Shown: one piece after another, positions 1-9,082 of the stretch
Layout: every line of letters begins with the position of its first letter
Position numbering within the stretch: the first letter of the stretch is position 1
Assembly (NCBI GenBank): GCA_003056265.1
Contig: NBVN01000002.1
Location: 360,001-392,000 of the forward strand
Reading direction: 5' to 3'
From: Zestosphaera tikiterensis
GTDB taxonomy: Archaea; Thermoproteota; Thermoprotei_A; Sulfolobales; NBVN01
DNA length: 32,000 nt
Program-made: the position numbers and the translations under genes
The notes under the pieces: generated by a model
What the model saw: only the letters and a program-made list of their open reading frames with translations
What the model was told of the DNA's origin: nothing
Database searches by the model: none

Positions 1-1
1 A

Positions 2-355
2 ATCCCGGCGGAGTATAGAGGTATAGGTCAACCTGTGTTAATACCGGGTTCTATGGGTACAGCGAGCTACTTAATGATTGGAATACCTGAAGGTAGCTAC
101 ACGTTCTATTCCGCCGCTCACGGAGCAGGTAGGTGGATGTCTAGAAATGAAGCGTTAAGATCCGCTAGAGCAGACACCGTAACTTCAAAACTTCTCGAGA
201 AGGGCATATATGTTAAAGCAGCTTCAAAAGAAGTTATAGTTGAGGAAATGCCGGAAGCGTATAAAGACGTTGATAGAGTGGCTATGGTAACTCATAAAGT
301 GAAGATAGCGGCTTTAGTAGCTAGGATGAGACCTATAGGCGTAGTTAAAGGTTAG
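2..355 (+). CDS. rtcB: RNA-splicing ligase RtcB, C-terminal fragment (5' end lies outside the window)
   Basis: The frame is open from the window edge. The translation ..GQPVLIPGSMGTASYLM..AAHGAGR..EEMPEAYKDVD..MRPIGVVKG matches conserved RtcB C-terminal motifs. A T7 run follows at 382-388. Confidence 0.85.
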   Translation: MPAEYRGIGQPVLIPGSMGTASYLMIGIPEGSYTFYSAAHGAGRWMSRNEALRSARADTVTSKLLEKGIYVKAASKEVIVEEMPEAYKDVDRVAMVTHKVKIAALVARMRPIGVVKG

Positions 356-381
356 GAAACTTCCTATCATTAACATCCATC

Positions 382-388
382 TTTTTTT
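382..388 (+). terminator. Oligo-T tract downstream of rtcB (candidate archaeal intrinsic terminator)
   Basis: A run of 7 T begins 27 nt after the rtcB stop codon. Archaeal RNA polymerase terminates at oligo-T tracts. Confidence 0.4.
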
Positions 389-428
389 ACAACTGAAAGC
401 CTCGCCCTTAAGGGCGGGGATGGAAAGC
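387..428 (+). repeat. Short repeat F1, copy 1: TTACAACTGAAAGCC followed by a GC hairpin
   Basis: Near-identical to 6075-6117. The hairpin is CCTCGCCC-TTAA-GGGCGGGG (400-419). Confidence 0.5.
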
Positions 429-559
429 TTATAAGTTGTTTCTTCTAACGTTTTTATGGTGATGATGTTTAATGTGTGTGGGAGGTAAACCTCAAGCAAA
501 TCAATTAAAGCATATATATATAACACACATAACGCCTCCCACATGAAGTTTTGAGGCCT

Positions 560-728
560 TCTAAAGGTCGATGATAAATGAAGATATCCCATAACCCTAA
601 GTCCCCCGAAGGGGGATAGGGGTAATGGGCCGGAAGCCCGGCCCGGAGGTGAATAAAGAAAGATGTACCTCCAAACCAATGAACCGCCCGAAGGGAGACC
701 CTACCCTTCAGGACGGGGAGGAGGTCAG
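560..728. other. GC-rich multi-hairpin intergenic block, candidate ncRNA or structured 3' UTR of the phosphatase gene
   Basis: Consecutive strong hairpins: TCCCCC-GAA-GGGGGA (602-616), GGGCCGG-AAGC-CCGGCCC (627-644), GGAGGT..ACCTCC (645-672), and an imperfect long stem at 684-717. The block ends in GGGGAGGAGGTCAG (715-728), identical to 6104-6117. Confidence 0.4.
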
Positions 729-1678
729 TCAATAACTTTAACATAGCTTTTAATATCCTTAAGCGAGATTTCAGCTGAGGTGTCTACAAACATATACGCC
801 GCTCGCTTGTTGAAGTATGGCTCGCCAACACGGCTAAATAACGTTACAACTCTACCGTTATGGTTTAGCTTAAATCCTTCATAAGCTGGTTCATGACCTC
901 TAACGACAAATTTAAAGTTATACTTTCCTAAAAACCAATTAGTTACGGAGGAACCGAAAAGATAACCAGCCCCTCTCGGCGATGGTTTTCTATCCACATT
1001 AGTTATGTCTATAGGGTCATTCCACAGGATCTCGGTAAGCAACCTGTTAAATTGATCTTCAGATACCCCCATAAAAAACTCTACTAAAGTAACTTCCCTC
1101 CTATAATTCTCTGTTGGAAGTCCTCCATGCAACGCTACGAAAGTTTTATTTACGTACTGAACTAAAGGCATGCTACTAAACAACTCTTGAAATTTAGCGT
1201 AGATGTTAGTTCCCTTCTCATAGCCGAACAAGAGCCTTAATTCGTGGGGGAAGTCGTGAGGTGATGGGATTAAAAACGGTGGTGGTTCGTGATTACCCCT
1301 AAGTATGGTAACACATTCGGGGAACTCTGCCTTAAGCTCTAAAACAGTTAGTATAGTCTCAAGTTGGTTAGGCCCTCTATCTATATAATCACCCAAGAAA
1401 GTTAGCTCAAGTTCTTTACAACCCTTCATAACTGATACATCAACTTTATTGAGTATCTTCTTTAACGTGTCTAAATCACCGTGAAGATCTCCTATAATTA
1501 AGAATTTACTTCCAGGCTCTTTACCCACCATATAACTTCTTCGTTGCTTATACTCGCTAATTAAAACTTCTTGATATCTTTCAAGAGACTTAACTAAGGC
1601 ATTATAATCGCTTAAAGCCTCTGCTAACCTACTTACCATGAAATCCGCTAACGAGCTCATTACATACCCTATATCCAC
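725..1678 (-). CDS. PPP-family serine/threonine protein phosphatase (metallophosphoesterase)
   Basis: Carries the motifs GDLHGD, GDYIDRG and RGNHE in the canonical order and spacing of PP1/PP2A-type phosphatases. Confidence 0.8.
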   Translation of the reverse strand: MDIGYVMSSLADFMVSRLAEALSDYNALVKSLERYQEVLISEYKQRRSYMVGKEPGSKFLIIGDLHGDLDTLKKILNKVDVSVMKGCKELELTFLGDYIDRGPNQLETILTVLELKAEFPECVTILRGNHEPPPFLIPSPHDFPHELRLLFGYEKGTNIYAKFQELFSSMPLVQYVNKTFVALHGGLPTENYRREVTLVEFFMGVSEDQFNRLLTEILWNDPIDITNVDRKPSPRGAGYLFGSSVTNWFLGKYNFKFVVRGHEPAYEGFKLNHNGRVVTLFSRVGEPYFNKRAAYMFVDTSAEISLKDIKSYVKVID

Positions 1679-1690
1679 TTTAAAACAATA

Positions 1691-1755
1691 ATTTAAGTTG
1701 GTTTAGGTTTGTTTACCTAAGAGTGACGATTTAAGTTGGTTGTTTACTTAAGGTG
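1691..1755. repeat. Imperfect tandem direct repeat (ATTTAAGTTGGTT..GTTTAC(C/T)TAAG, two units) in the phosphatase upstream region
   Basis: The units at 1691-1725 and 1729-1755 share ATTTAAGTTGGT and TGTTTACNTAAG. They lie 13-77 nt upstream of the start codon at 1678. Confidence 0.35.
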
Positions 1756-2039
1756 TTTAGGGCTGTTACCTTCGGTTATTCGTAGCACAGTCCGGATTCA
1801 CACAGTTTGCCTGCAACCCTGAAAAATTAGGACTCACTAATATGTGCTATATACGCGACATATCAGGAATGTCAGAAAGAACATAAAACTTTCTAAAAGT
1901 TGTGAAAGAACTTAAACAACCTAATCTGCCCTAAACATCATCTCCATTTTAGAGGCCGCTTTTCGGAGACTTGATATGTGTTGCTGTAAGTAATGGGTAT
2001 GTTGGGGTTTTGACTGTTGACAAGTAGTTAGTTGTGAAA

Positions 2040-2167
2040 TAAGGGTGAAGACTCTCCAAACCCCCTCTGCATTCGCCTGAGGGAGTCTAAGGCAATGAAG
2101 TTAAGCTCTCAAAAAGCGGGGGTGGAGGAAACTATGAGAAATGAAGACCAAACACAAAAGTCAGACC
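2040..2167 (+). repeat. GC-rich structured repeat family F2, copy E1 (subfamily a)
   Basis: Matches the reverse complement of 7017-7213 (TAAGGGTGAA.., TCTAAGGCAATGAAG.TA, AAAAGCGGGGGTGGAG, ATGAAG..CAGA(A)CC). Its 3' end lies 65 nt from the stop of the convergent TRAP permease gene. Confidence 0.55.
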
Positions 2168-2232
2168 TCCAGACTTAAAGCACCTTTCCTATAGCATAGG
2201 TAGTCAGTTACATCATAGGAAACGACATTAGA

Positions 2233-4350
2233 TCAACTTGCCTTTCTACTTCTAGTGTTTAAGTAGTAGAGAAGTATGTAGGTTAAGAGGGCAGCTACCG
2301 TTATTATATCATAAGGCGTTAAGTTAAGCAACGCTAACGCTATTAGCAAAATCCTTTGTGGTTTTCCGATAGGACCTCCATGCCATCCTATGATACCAGA
2401 GCTTAAAAGAAGTATTGTTAATACCGTGTTAAAAACGCCGTAACCTAACCTGTAAAGCGTGTAGAGATCCCATTGTGATACAGGTATTATAAGTAATGTA
2501 GGGTCTAAAGCAAATATGTAGGGTATTAAATAACCGGCTAAAGCAAACATGGTGGCGTTTACCGCGGTTTTCCAGAAATTCGACTTAGCTAAAGCTGCGC
2601 CAGCGTATGAAGCTAACGCTACCGGAGGTGTTACGTCAGCTAATATACCGAAGTAAAATACAAACATATGAGCTACTAGTAAAGCTGAGGCTAGGGGGAG
2701 GTTATTCCATGACGCTATAGCTCTACCTAAAGCAGCTCCAGATATTGTGGATGTTATTATGTAGTTGGCTGTTGTTGGGACGCCCATACCTAATATTAAA
2801 CTTATAACCATAGCTGAAGCCATCAACAAGTAGATGTTGCCGCCTACTACGTCTATCAACCTATACCCTATTTGAGTGGCCCAGCCAGTCATGGTTAAAA
2901 TGCCTTGAATCACGCCAGCAGATGAAGCTGCTAAGAATACCGTTACAGAACTCCTTAGGGAAGCATCAAAAGCTTCTATAATACTCTTAACCATTGCCTT
3001 ACCTCCCCTCACTATGAAACCTACAATCACAGACAATAGTAGGGAGGCAACTCCTGAGAAGTAGACTGAGGCGCCTACGGGTATGCCCAGATAGAAAGCG
3101 GTCAAACCAGACGCTATGACCGCAGTTGCGAATATCAACTTACCTTTAACTGATAACGAAGGCTGCGCCATCCAAGCGGTAATTAAAGCAACTCCTAAAG
3201 AACCCGTTACTGCGTATTGAGGCTCTAACCCAGCTAAAAGCAAATACGTAATTACAGGTATTGGAAGTAAAAGATATGCTTTAGTGATTAACGACCTAAA
3301 ATTAGGAAGTTCCTCACCTTCTAAAGGTTTAATCCCAAGTTTCTTAGTAACCTTGTCTATGAATACATAAACCGACGTAAAGTATAGGATGGCTGGAATA
3401 GCTGCGGCGATCATTATATCCCTGTAAGGCCTGCCTAAGAACTCAGCCATAACGAAGGCTGCCGCACCCATTACTGGCGGCATTAACTGACCGCCGGTTG
3501 ATGCTGTTGGTTCCACAGCTCCAGCAACTTCAGGTGGGTACCCAGCCCTTTTCATTAAAGGGATTGTAAACGTACCCGTAGTTAATACGTTTGCTACGGA
3601 ACTCCCTGAGACAGTACCTACAAGCGCACTTGCTACTACAGCAGTTTTTGCGGGACCTCCTACCTTCCTACCAACTAAGCTTAATATAAAATCCGTAATG
3701 TATTTACCCACGCCTACCTTCTCAAGGAAAGATCCAAAAAACACGAAAGCAAATACGTATGACGTCATGACATATAAGGGAATCGAGAAAATCCCCTCCC
3801 TAGCGTAGTATAGGTGATTAACCAAGATCCTAACGTTAAATCCCTCAGCATATAAACCTAGAAGTAATATAGTTAAGGCTATTAAGGGTAAAGCAACACC
3901 TAAAGATCTACGCGTAGCTTCCAACAAGAAAGCAAAAGCCAGTATAGGAAACAACATGTTTGCCAACGTAGCTTCTACGTAGCCTGTTTTGACGACTTCA
4001 GGGTATATTATAAAAAGGTAAAATACGGAAGCAAAGGCCATTATCCCAAGCACGTAATCATATAGGGGTATTTTCTCACCGTTTTTAGTTCGTAAAGGAT
4101 TTAAAAGGAAAGCCGTGAGTAGGATGATCCCCAACAAGAAAGACATGCTTTGTTGTATGTCTGGAACGTAAAGAAGGTATGGTATCGCAATACCTAAATT
4201 TTTGAGCATGGTATATACTATAAAGTTAAGCCCCATAACCGCGAAGATTTCATAAAGTGCGAACACTACGGCTAGAGCTAATATTAACTTACGTGGGAAT
4301 CCTGCCTTAGCTCTTTCAACCTTAGCTAAAGCCTCACCCAAACAAACCAC
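2233..4350 (-). CDS. TRAP transporter fused permease subunit (TAXI-type system, DctQ/DctM-like fusion)
   Basis: A 705-aa polytopic membrane protein. It is the last gene of an operon with a TAXI solute receptor and a DUF1850 protein, which is the typical TAXI-TRAP arrangement. Confidence 0.8.
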   Translation of the reverse strand: MVCLGEALAKVERAKAGFPRKLILALAVVFALYEIFAVMGLNFIVYTMLKNLGIAIPYLLYVPDIQQSMSFLLGIILLTAFLLNPLRTKNGEKIPLYDYVLGIMAFASVFYLFIIYPEVVKTGYVEATLANMLFPILAFAFLLEATRRSLGVALPLIALTILLLGLYAEGFNVRILVNHLYYAREGIFSIPLYVMTSYVFAFVFFGSFLEKVGVGKYITDFILSLVGRKVGGPAKTAVVASALVGTVSGSSVANVLTTGTFTIPLMKRAGYPPEVAGAVEPTASTGGQLMPPVMGAAAFVMAEFLGRPYRDIMIAAAIPAILYFTSVYVFIDKVTKKLGIKPLEGEELPNFRSLITKAYLLLPIPVITYLLLAGLEPQYAVTGSLGVALITAWMAQPSLSVKGKLIFATAVIASGLTAFYLGIPVGASVYFSGVASLLLSVIVGFIVRGGKAMVKSIIEAFDASLRSSVTVFLAASSAGVIQGILTMTGWATQIGYRLIDVVGGNIYLLMASAMVISLILGMGVPTTANYIITSTISGAALGRAIASWNNLPLASALLVAHMFVFYFGILADVTPPVALASYAGAALAKSNFWKTAVNATMFALAGYLIPYIFALDPTLLIIPVSQWDLYTLYRLGYGVFNTVLTILLLSSGIIGWHGGPIGKPQRILLIALALLNLTPYDIITVAALLTYILLYYLNTRSRKAS

Positions 4351-4907
4351 CTAAGACTATATTCAAGGCAGTTTTTAAATATTTGGTTTAACTTTAGTAG
4401 AGAACGTATTAACGTGCTTAAGACATTTTCTTGAGATAGCTTGATGACCACCTCCTTAAATCTGCCCGCAACTTCAACATTATTAATTAGGAGACGTGGT
4501 TCAATCATTTGAGACATACCTATGCGTAGTTCCCTACCTAAACATAGCTTTAGATCCTTAACTATTAAAGCCCCGTTAACTATCTCAACCTGCCTCCCCA
4601 GGACTTCTAAGTCTTTAATCGATGAAGGTGCTCCAGCACCGTAAGGAGGCCATTTAAGCTCTTTAACGCATATCTTACCGTCTCTTATTTCATAAACCTC
4701 CACAACCTCAACTAACTCAACGCTATGCTTGTAAGCCAGGGTTATGTTGACATCTTTAAATTCTTCAATTATTATATCCTCCCCATCAAAACCGATTATT
4801 AAGACCTCCGTCTTTACGTACGTAACGTATAAAACTACTACGCTAACTGCTAAGACGAATGTTATTAACGGAAAAAGACAGTAACGTTTTTCACGAGTTA
4901 GTTTCAA
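4326..4907 (-). CDS. DUF1850-like small membrane-anchored protein of TAXI-TRAP operons
   Basis: Has an N-terminal TM helix, a ..AYKHSVELVEVVEVYE.. segment and a PPYGAGAP segment. It sits between the TAXI receptor and the permease and overlaps both neighbours. Confidence 0.6.
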   Translation of the reverse strand: MKLTREKRYCLFPLITFVLAVSVVVLYVTYVKTEVLIIGFDGEDIIIEEFKDVNITLAYKHSVELVEVVEVYEIRDGKICVKELKWPPYGAGAPSSIKDLEVLGRQVEIVNGALIVKDLKLCLGRELRIGMSQMIEPRLLINNVEVAGRFKEVVIKLSQENVLSTLIRSLLKLNQIFKNCLEYSLRWFVWVRL

Positions 4908-5935
4908 GGTTTAAGCTCACTCGGGACTGTAATGCCTTTCTCCTGGTAATATTTCACAGCTCCTGGGTGGAGCGGTATGCTCATACCGTTTAAGGCTTTA
5001 TTCAAAGCTATAGCACTAGCTCTAGCGTGTGCTTGCTGCAGTTCTGAGAGATGGCTAAACATAATGTCTAGCAACGTATACACTATATCGTCGGGAACGT
5101 CGCTACGTACGGCAAGCATAGCCATAACAGCAGCGGTTTTAACGTCTGAAGTCATGCCGCTATACGTTTCCTTAGGAACGACTATAGGCACGAAGAACCT
5201 ATATCCTTGACTAACTAACTTGCTGATGATATCGTCTGGAATTTCAACTAAGTTTACGGGTGTTGTAGCAGCAAGCTGAGTTACTGCTGCTGTGGGTATT
5301 CCAGCAACTACAAACGCCGCATCCACTTGACCTAGCTTAATTGCTTCAGCAGCTTGCGTAAAGTCAAGGTTCTGCACGGTTATTTTATCCCATACACCAG
5401 CAGCCTTAAGTATTAACTCCGCCTCAACTGCTGTGCCGCTACCGGCTGCGCCCACAGCAACTCTCTTACCAGCTAAGTCGTAAATACTTTTTATACCGCT
5501 GTCCGCCTTAACTATAATTTGAATTATCTCAGGATATAGAACAGCCACACCCCTTATAGATTTAGCTGGGGATCCTTCGAACATGTAAATGCCTTTATAT
5601 CCGTAATACGCGATATCGTTTTGAACGAATATTAAGTGAGCGTCGCCTGCCTCTAAAGCCTTAACGTTAGCTACGGAAGCCCCGCTGGATTGAGCTGAAG
5701 CTTCAATCCTTCCTTTAGAGTATTTATTAAGTAGCTCAGCAAGAGCGTTGCCTATAGGGTAATACACGCCTCCCGTACCGCCTGTAAATATCTTCATCTT
5801 AAACGTTGTTACGGTAGGTTGTGCGGTGAAGTACCAAACAACTGCTGCGATAGCCACTATAACGACGACTGCTAAAACTATAGCGAAAGTTTTTGAAAGA
5901 CCCGCGGTCAACAACTTCATTTTTAGTAACACCAC
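4904..5935 (-). CDS. TAXI-family TRAP transporter solute-binding protein
   Basis: Has an N-terminal TM/signal anchor and then the TGGTGGVYYPIGNALAELL motif typical of TAXI receptors. It is the first gene of the three-gene operon. Confidence 0.8.
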   Translation of the reverse strand: MVLLKMKLLTAGLSKTFAIVLAVVVIVAIAAVVWYFTAQPTVTTFKMKIFTGGTGGVYYPIGNALAELLNKYSKGRIEASAQSSGASVANVKALEAGDAHLIFVQNDIAYYGYKGIYMFEGSPAKSIRGVAVLYPEIIQIIVKADSGIKSIYDLAGKRVAVGAAGSGTAVEAELILKAAGVWDKITVQNLDFTQAAEAIKLGQVDAAFVVAGIPTAAVTQLAATTPVNLVEIPDDIISKLVSQGYRFFVPIVVPKETYSGMTSDVKTAAVMAMLAVRSDVPDDIVYTLLDIMFSHLSELQQAHARASAIALNKALNGMSIPLHPGAVKYYQEKGITVPSELKP

Positions 5936-6074
5936 ATATATAAGTTAACGAGTTAATTTAAATGTTTTGATTTACTTACGTTGAATAAAGCATATGAAGC
6001 AGACGATATGGGTTAGTATCTAAAGTTTTTAATGTTTAACCTTAAGGAACGCTTATAACAATTCATAACTAAGT

Positions 6075-6117
6075 TTACAACTGAAAGCCCGTCTTTTAAG
6101 GGCGGGGAGGAGGTCAG
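6075..6117 (+). repeat. Short repeat F1, copy 2; it supplies the Shine-Dalgarno-like GGAGGAGGT of gene 6120
   Basis: TTACAACTGAAAGCC followed by a hairpin and GGGGAGGAGGTCAG. The hairpin keeps pairing through two C-to-T changes that give G.U pairs on the + strand. The ATG at 6120 follows 2 nt later. Confidence 0.5.
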
Positions 6118-6119
6118 AT

Positions 6120-7016
6120 ATGTGGAGATGCTTTGATGCTTGGAGTAACTACAACTTAGCAAACACGTTGAGAGTTAGCTATACCTACCCGCTATTTAAG
6201 AAAGTAGGGAATGCTTTCGTTAAGATTTACGGTTTTAACAAAGGTTTAAAGCTTAAAGAAGTAAACGGTAAGCTTTGCTTTAGCGGATGTTGCGAGATAA
6301 CAGCATCTATGTTAAGCGGGTTATGGTTTAATCCCTATGATTACGTTAAATACTTAAGTAGGTCGAGTAAGGGTCTTGCTTACGAGCTGCTCGACAAATT
6401 CGACGGTGTTAGCGTAAGTATAGATCCTTGGGATTTAAAAACTATGTTTGTCATCATGTTTTTATCGCGTAATACAGACTTCCATAAAAGAACTGTGCCG
6501 TGGGTTAAAGCTCTTATCAATATAGTCGATATAGAACATATGGAGGTTCCCGAAGGTTTAGATTTAAAAGCTGTTGGAAGCAGTTATCAAATACTTCAGC
6601 TCAATGAAGTTTTACCTTTGCTAAACGAGGTGTTTAGAAAAAGTGGTAAGCTTAACAACGTAGGTTTAACTTATAGGCGGACTTTCTTCAATGCCATTAA
6701 GGAAGACCTTCTTAAGATAAAGTTCGTAGGTCCTAAGACCGTATATGCTTTCGCTCTATATGCTTTAGGTTTGACTACTTACGCCCCCGTAGATAGGCAT
6801 TTTGCCGATTTCCTAATAAGGAATTCTATAGCCGACGAGGATTTCACCTACCCTAACAAGAAATACTGCTTAAAATACAATTGCTTAATGAATTCGCCTT
6901 GCCCATTACGTAAACATTGTTTATTCTTTAAAGCATATGAAAAATTCAACGTATTAACTGGTTGGGTTCAGGTAGTTGCGTACTACATAGGCAAACTTAA
7001 AAGGATACGAACTTAA
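6120..7016 (+). CDS. HhH-GPD superfamily protein (endonuclease III/AlkA-like DNA glycosylase candidate) with a C-terminal 4-Cys cluster
   Basis: Helix-hairpin-helix-like segment LLKIKFVGPKTVYAFALYALG followed by APVDRH. An upstream segment DPWDLKTMFVIMFLSRNT resembles the family core. The Cys cluster is C-x4-C-x5-C-x5-C (CLKYNCLMNSPCPLRKHC). Confidence 0.5.
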   Translation: MWRCFDAWSNYNLANTLRVSYTYPLFKKVGNAFVKIYGFNKGLKLKEVNGKLCFSGCCEITASMLSGLWFNPYDYVKYLSRSSKGLAYELLDKFDGVSVSIDPWDLKTMFVIMFLSRNTDFHKRTVPWVKALINIVDIEHMEVPEGLDLKAVGSSYQILQLNEVLPLLNEVFRKSGKLNNVGLTYRRTFFNAIKEDLLKIKFVGPKTVYAFALYALGLTTYAPVDRHFADFLIRNSIADEDFTYPNKKYCLKYNCLMNSPCPLRKHCLFFKAYEKFNVLTGWVQVVAYYIGKLKRIRT

Positions 7017-7213
7017 GGGTTCTGGCTTCATCGTTTTTAATTACTCACCTTCATCACCCTTATCTTCGCTCCACCCCCGCTTTTCGGAAGCCTAGCTTCA
7101 TTGCCTTAGATTCCCGCATCGCTCCGCCAGACTCCCCCAAGCGAAGGTAGGAGCTTCATCGAGTGTGGTTTCACCCTTACCTCCGTCTCCTCATTGGATC
7201 GTCCACACACCCT
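7017..7213 (-). repeat. GC-rich structured repeat family F2, copy E2 (subfamily a)
   Basis: Begins (on the + strand) GGGTTCTGG immediately after the TAA stop at 7014-7016. Shares CCACCCCCGCTTTT..CTTCATTGCCTTAGA.TCCC with the reverse complement of E1. Confidence 0.55.
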
Positions 7214-7389
7214 CAAATAGAATTAGATAGTAGCATTTATATGCTTTATAACATTGTTTATTAGTTTTAAGGTGATGTAAAGCCCCTCTACTGTTGAAAA
7301 ACCCTTCATTAGCTCCAGATAAAAATTACTTAACCATACACAAGCTTTAAAGATAGAGAGAAAAGAATCAAGAAATTATACAGAACAGG

Positions 7390-8550
7390 CTAAGGCTCTG
7401 GAGCTTCTCTTAACTGCTTCAAGACATACTCTCTAATTTCTCTAACGCTTGGTAATTCGCGAACGATTTTACCGTTTTCTAACCACTTAATCATTAAATC
7501 TTCTTTGCATCTTATTGGATTAAAGTTGAAGGGCGTTATCTCGTAGTCTAACGTGCCACATCTCCACACTTTTTTAGCTCCAGGCCACTTACCTTTCTTT
7601 GTGTGTGGAATCCAAGAACCGTTAACTAACTTCTCCACTATGTCCATGCTAAGGTCTACGGAGGGCGGAAACGTCACTGAAGTCCCTATACCAAAACCAT
7701 CCACTAACTCTCTTAATTCCTTAACCTTCTCTTCGTTTAACCCCCCACTTACGTATATTTTAACGTCGTCCCTTCCTATGAGTTTTAACGTCCACTTAAT
7801 CTCTTCAACTATGGCTTTAATGTCTCCTCTTCTACTCCTGGGAGTGTCTATTCTCACACCATGTATTCGTTTACCTAAAGCGTTAACGGCTTTTACGGTG
7901 GCAAACCTTTCGTCATTATATGTGTCTATTAAGGCTATCCTCGGGACTTCCGGTTCCACCACTTCATCAAAAGCTTTCCAAGCATCTACTTCATCATCGA
8001 ACACAAGTATTAAGGCATGAGGCATAGTCCCCATAGGCGGAACTCCTAAAGTTTCTTTGTTAAATGAGCCTGAAACGCCATCAACACCCCCTATATATGC
8101 TGCTCTATCAAGCATTGGATGTATAGCTGGGTGAGCGCTTCTCAACCCAAAGTAAAGCACTGTTTTGTTTAATGCTAATTTCTTAAATCTAGCTGCTTTA
8201 GTAGCAACTGAGGTATAGTGTCTTAAAATACCTAAGAGAGGGGTTTCAAACTCACATATGTCGTAATATCTTCCTTCAACGATCATGACTGGCGTGTTCT
8301 CCTTTATTAAGGTTCCTTCAGGAAGTGAGTAAACATCTATGGGTTTGCCTTTAAGTAGATGCAGAGCTTCTTCTAAGCCTGCGTAAACAACCCATTGATA
8401 GTTCTCCGGTAAGTCAAGCAAGTGAACCTCCATACGTACCTTAACTTCCTTCAATCCTTTAGCCTCGATTATCTTCTTGGTTCGTAGGAAGTATATGTCA
8501 GTGATTTTACCGTTCAGTATTTCATCCTCGCTAGCTATGTAAAACCTCAT
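7390..8550 (-). CDS. Nicotinate phosphoribosyltransferase (archaeal ~390-aa type)
   Basis: The N-terminal ..[11 protein letters not shown].., the GTMPHALI segment and the ..IDTYND.. and VRIDTP.. segments are characteristic of the NAPRTase/QPRTase-like family. Confidence 0.75.
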   Translation of the reverse strand: MRFYIASEDEILNGKITDIYFLRTKKIIEAKGLKEVKVRMEVHLLDLPENYQWVVYAGLEEALHLLKGKPIDVYSLPEGTLIKENTPVMIVEGRYYDICEFETPLLGILRHYTSVATKAARFKKLALNKTVLYFGLRSAHPAIHPMLDRAAYIGGVDGVSGSFNKETLGVPPMGTMPHALILVFDDEVDAWKAFDEVVEPEVPRIALIDTYNDERFATVKAVNALGKRIHGVRIDTPRSRRGDIKAIVEEIKWTLKLIGRDDVKIYVSGGLNEEKVKELRELVDGFGIGTSVTFPPSVDLSMDIVEKLVNGSWIPHTKKGKWPGAKKVWRCGTLDYEITPFNFNPIRCKEDLMIKWLENGKIVRELPSVREIREYVLKQLREAPEP

Positions 8551-8607
8551 CGCTACATCACCATAATTAGAGATGACGGCGGTTAATTAATGCTTTAAAT
8601 CTAAAGC

Positions 8608-9003
8608 CTAACTTTCGGGTTGGTGGGAAGTCAACGATTCAAACCATTTAATTACTTCCTCAGCTACTTCAGCACTTACAGCGTTAAACGCAAGTAGATC
8701 ATTTACGTACTCTTTAAAACTTTCGTAATCCATTACATAAAGCACTTCATCACGGACGTCAAGTACGTATGGAGGTATAAATACAAACTCTGAAAATCTT
8801 CCGTCCTTATATGCTATGGAATACGTAGGTAAGCTAAGCCTATCTAACGCTGTTTTAACTACACATAACTCACAGCCTTCATATTTTAAACCGTCAACTA
8901 AGTTGATAGCTTTAACGCGTTCTACGTCACATACATCAGCACAACTAGATATGAATTCATCCAGGTTTTTCAGAATGTATTCCTCAAACTCACCAGCCAA
9001 CAC
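8608..9003 (-). CDS. Hypothetical protein (131 aa) with CxxxC...CxxC cysteines
   Basis: A long ORF with ordinary codon composition and no recognisable family. The cysteines are CADVC and CELC. Confidence 0.5.
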   Translation of the reverse strand: MLAGEFEEYILKNLDEFISSCADVCDVERVKAINLVDGLKYEGCELCVVKTALDRLSLPTYSIAYKDGRFSEFVFIPPYVLDVRDEVLYVMDYESFKEYVNDLLAFNAVSAEVAEEVIKWFESLTSHQPES

Positions 9004-9082
9004 GACTCCATCACCTCTTACCTGAGTTTGTCATTTATGAGGAAGTAAAATTTTTAAGTTTTTCTTGTTTAATGTTTTTAGT

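Noticed and set aside
387-401. The ..TTACAACTGAAAG motif (also at 6075-6089, and GAATGAAAG at 9392-9400) resembles the 3' handle (..ATTGAAAG) of crenarchaeal CRISPR repeats.
   Set aside because: Only isolated single copies are present. There is no regularly spaced repeat/spacer array, no leader and no cas genes in the window. It is not callable as CRISPR.
314-744. Track ORFs 314-679 (-) and 505-744 (-) in the rtcB/phosphatase intergenic region.
   Set aside because: They run through GC-rich hairpins and a repeat. Their translations are Gly/Pro/Arg/Leu-rich low-complexity sequence with no family resemblance, and the two overlap each other. RNA structure or a repeat element explains them better.
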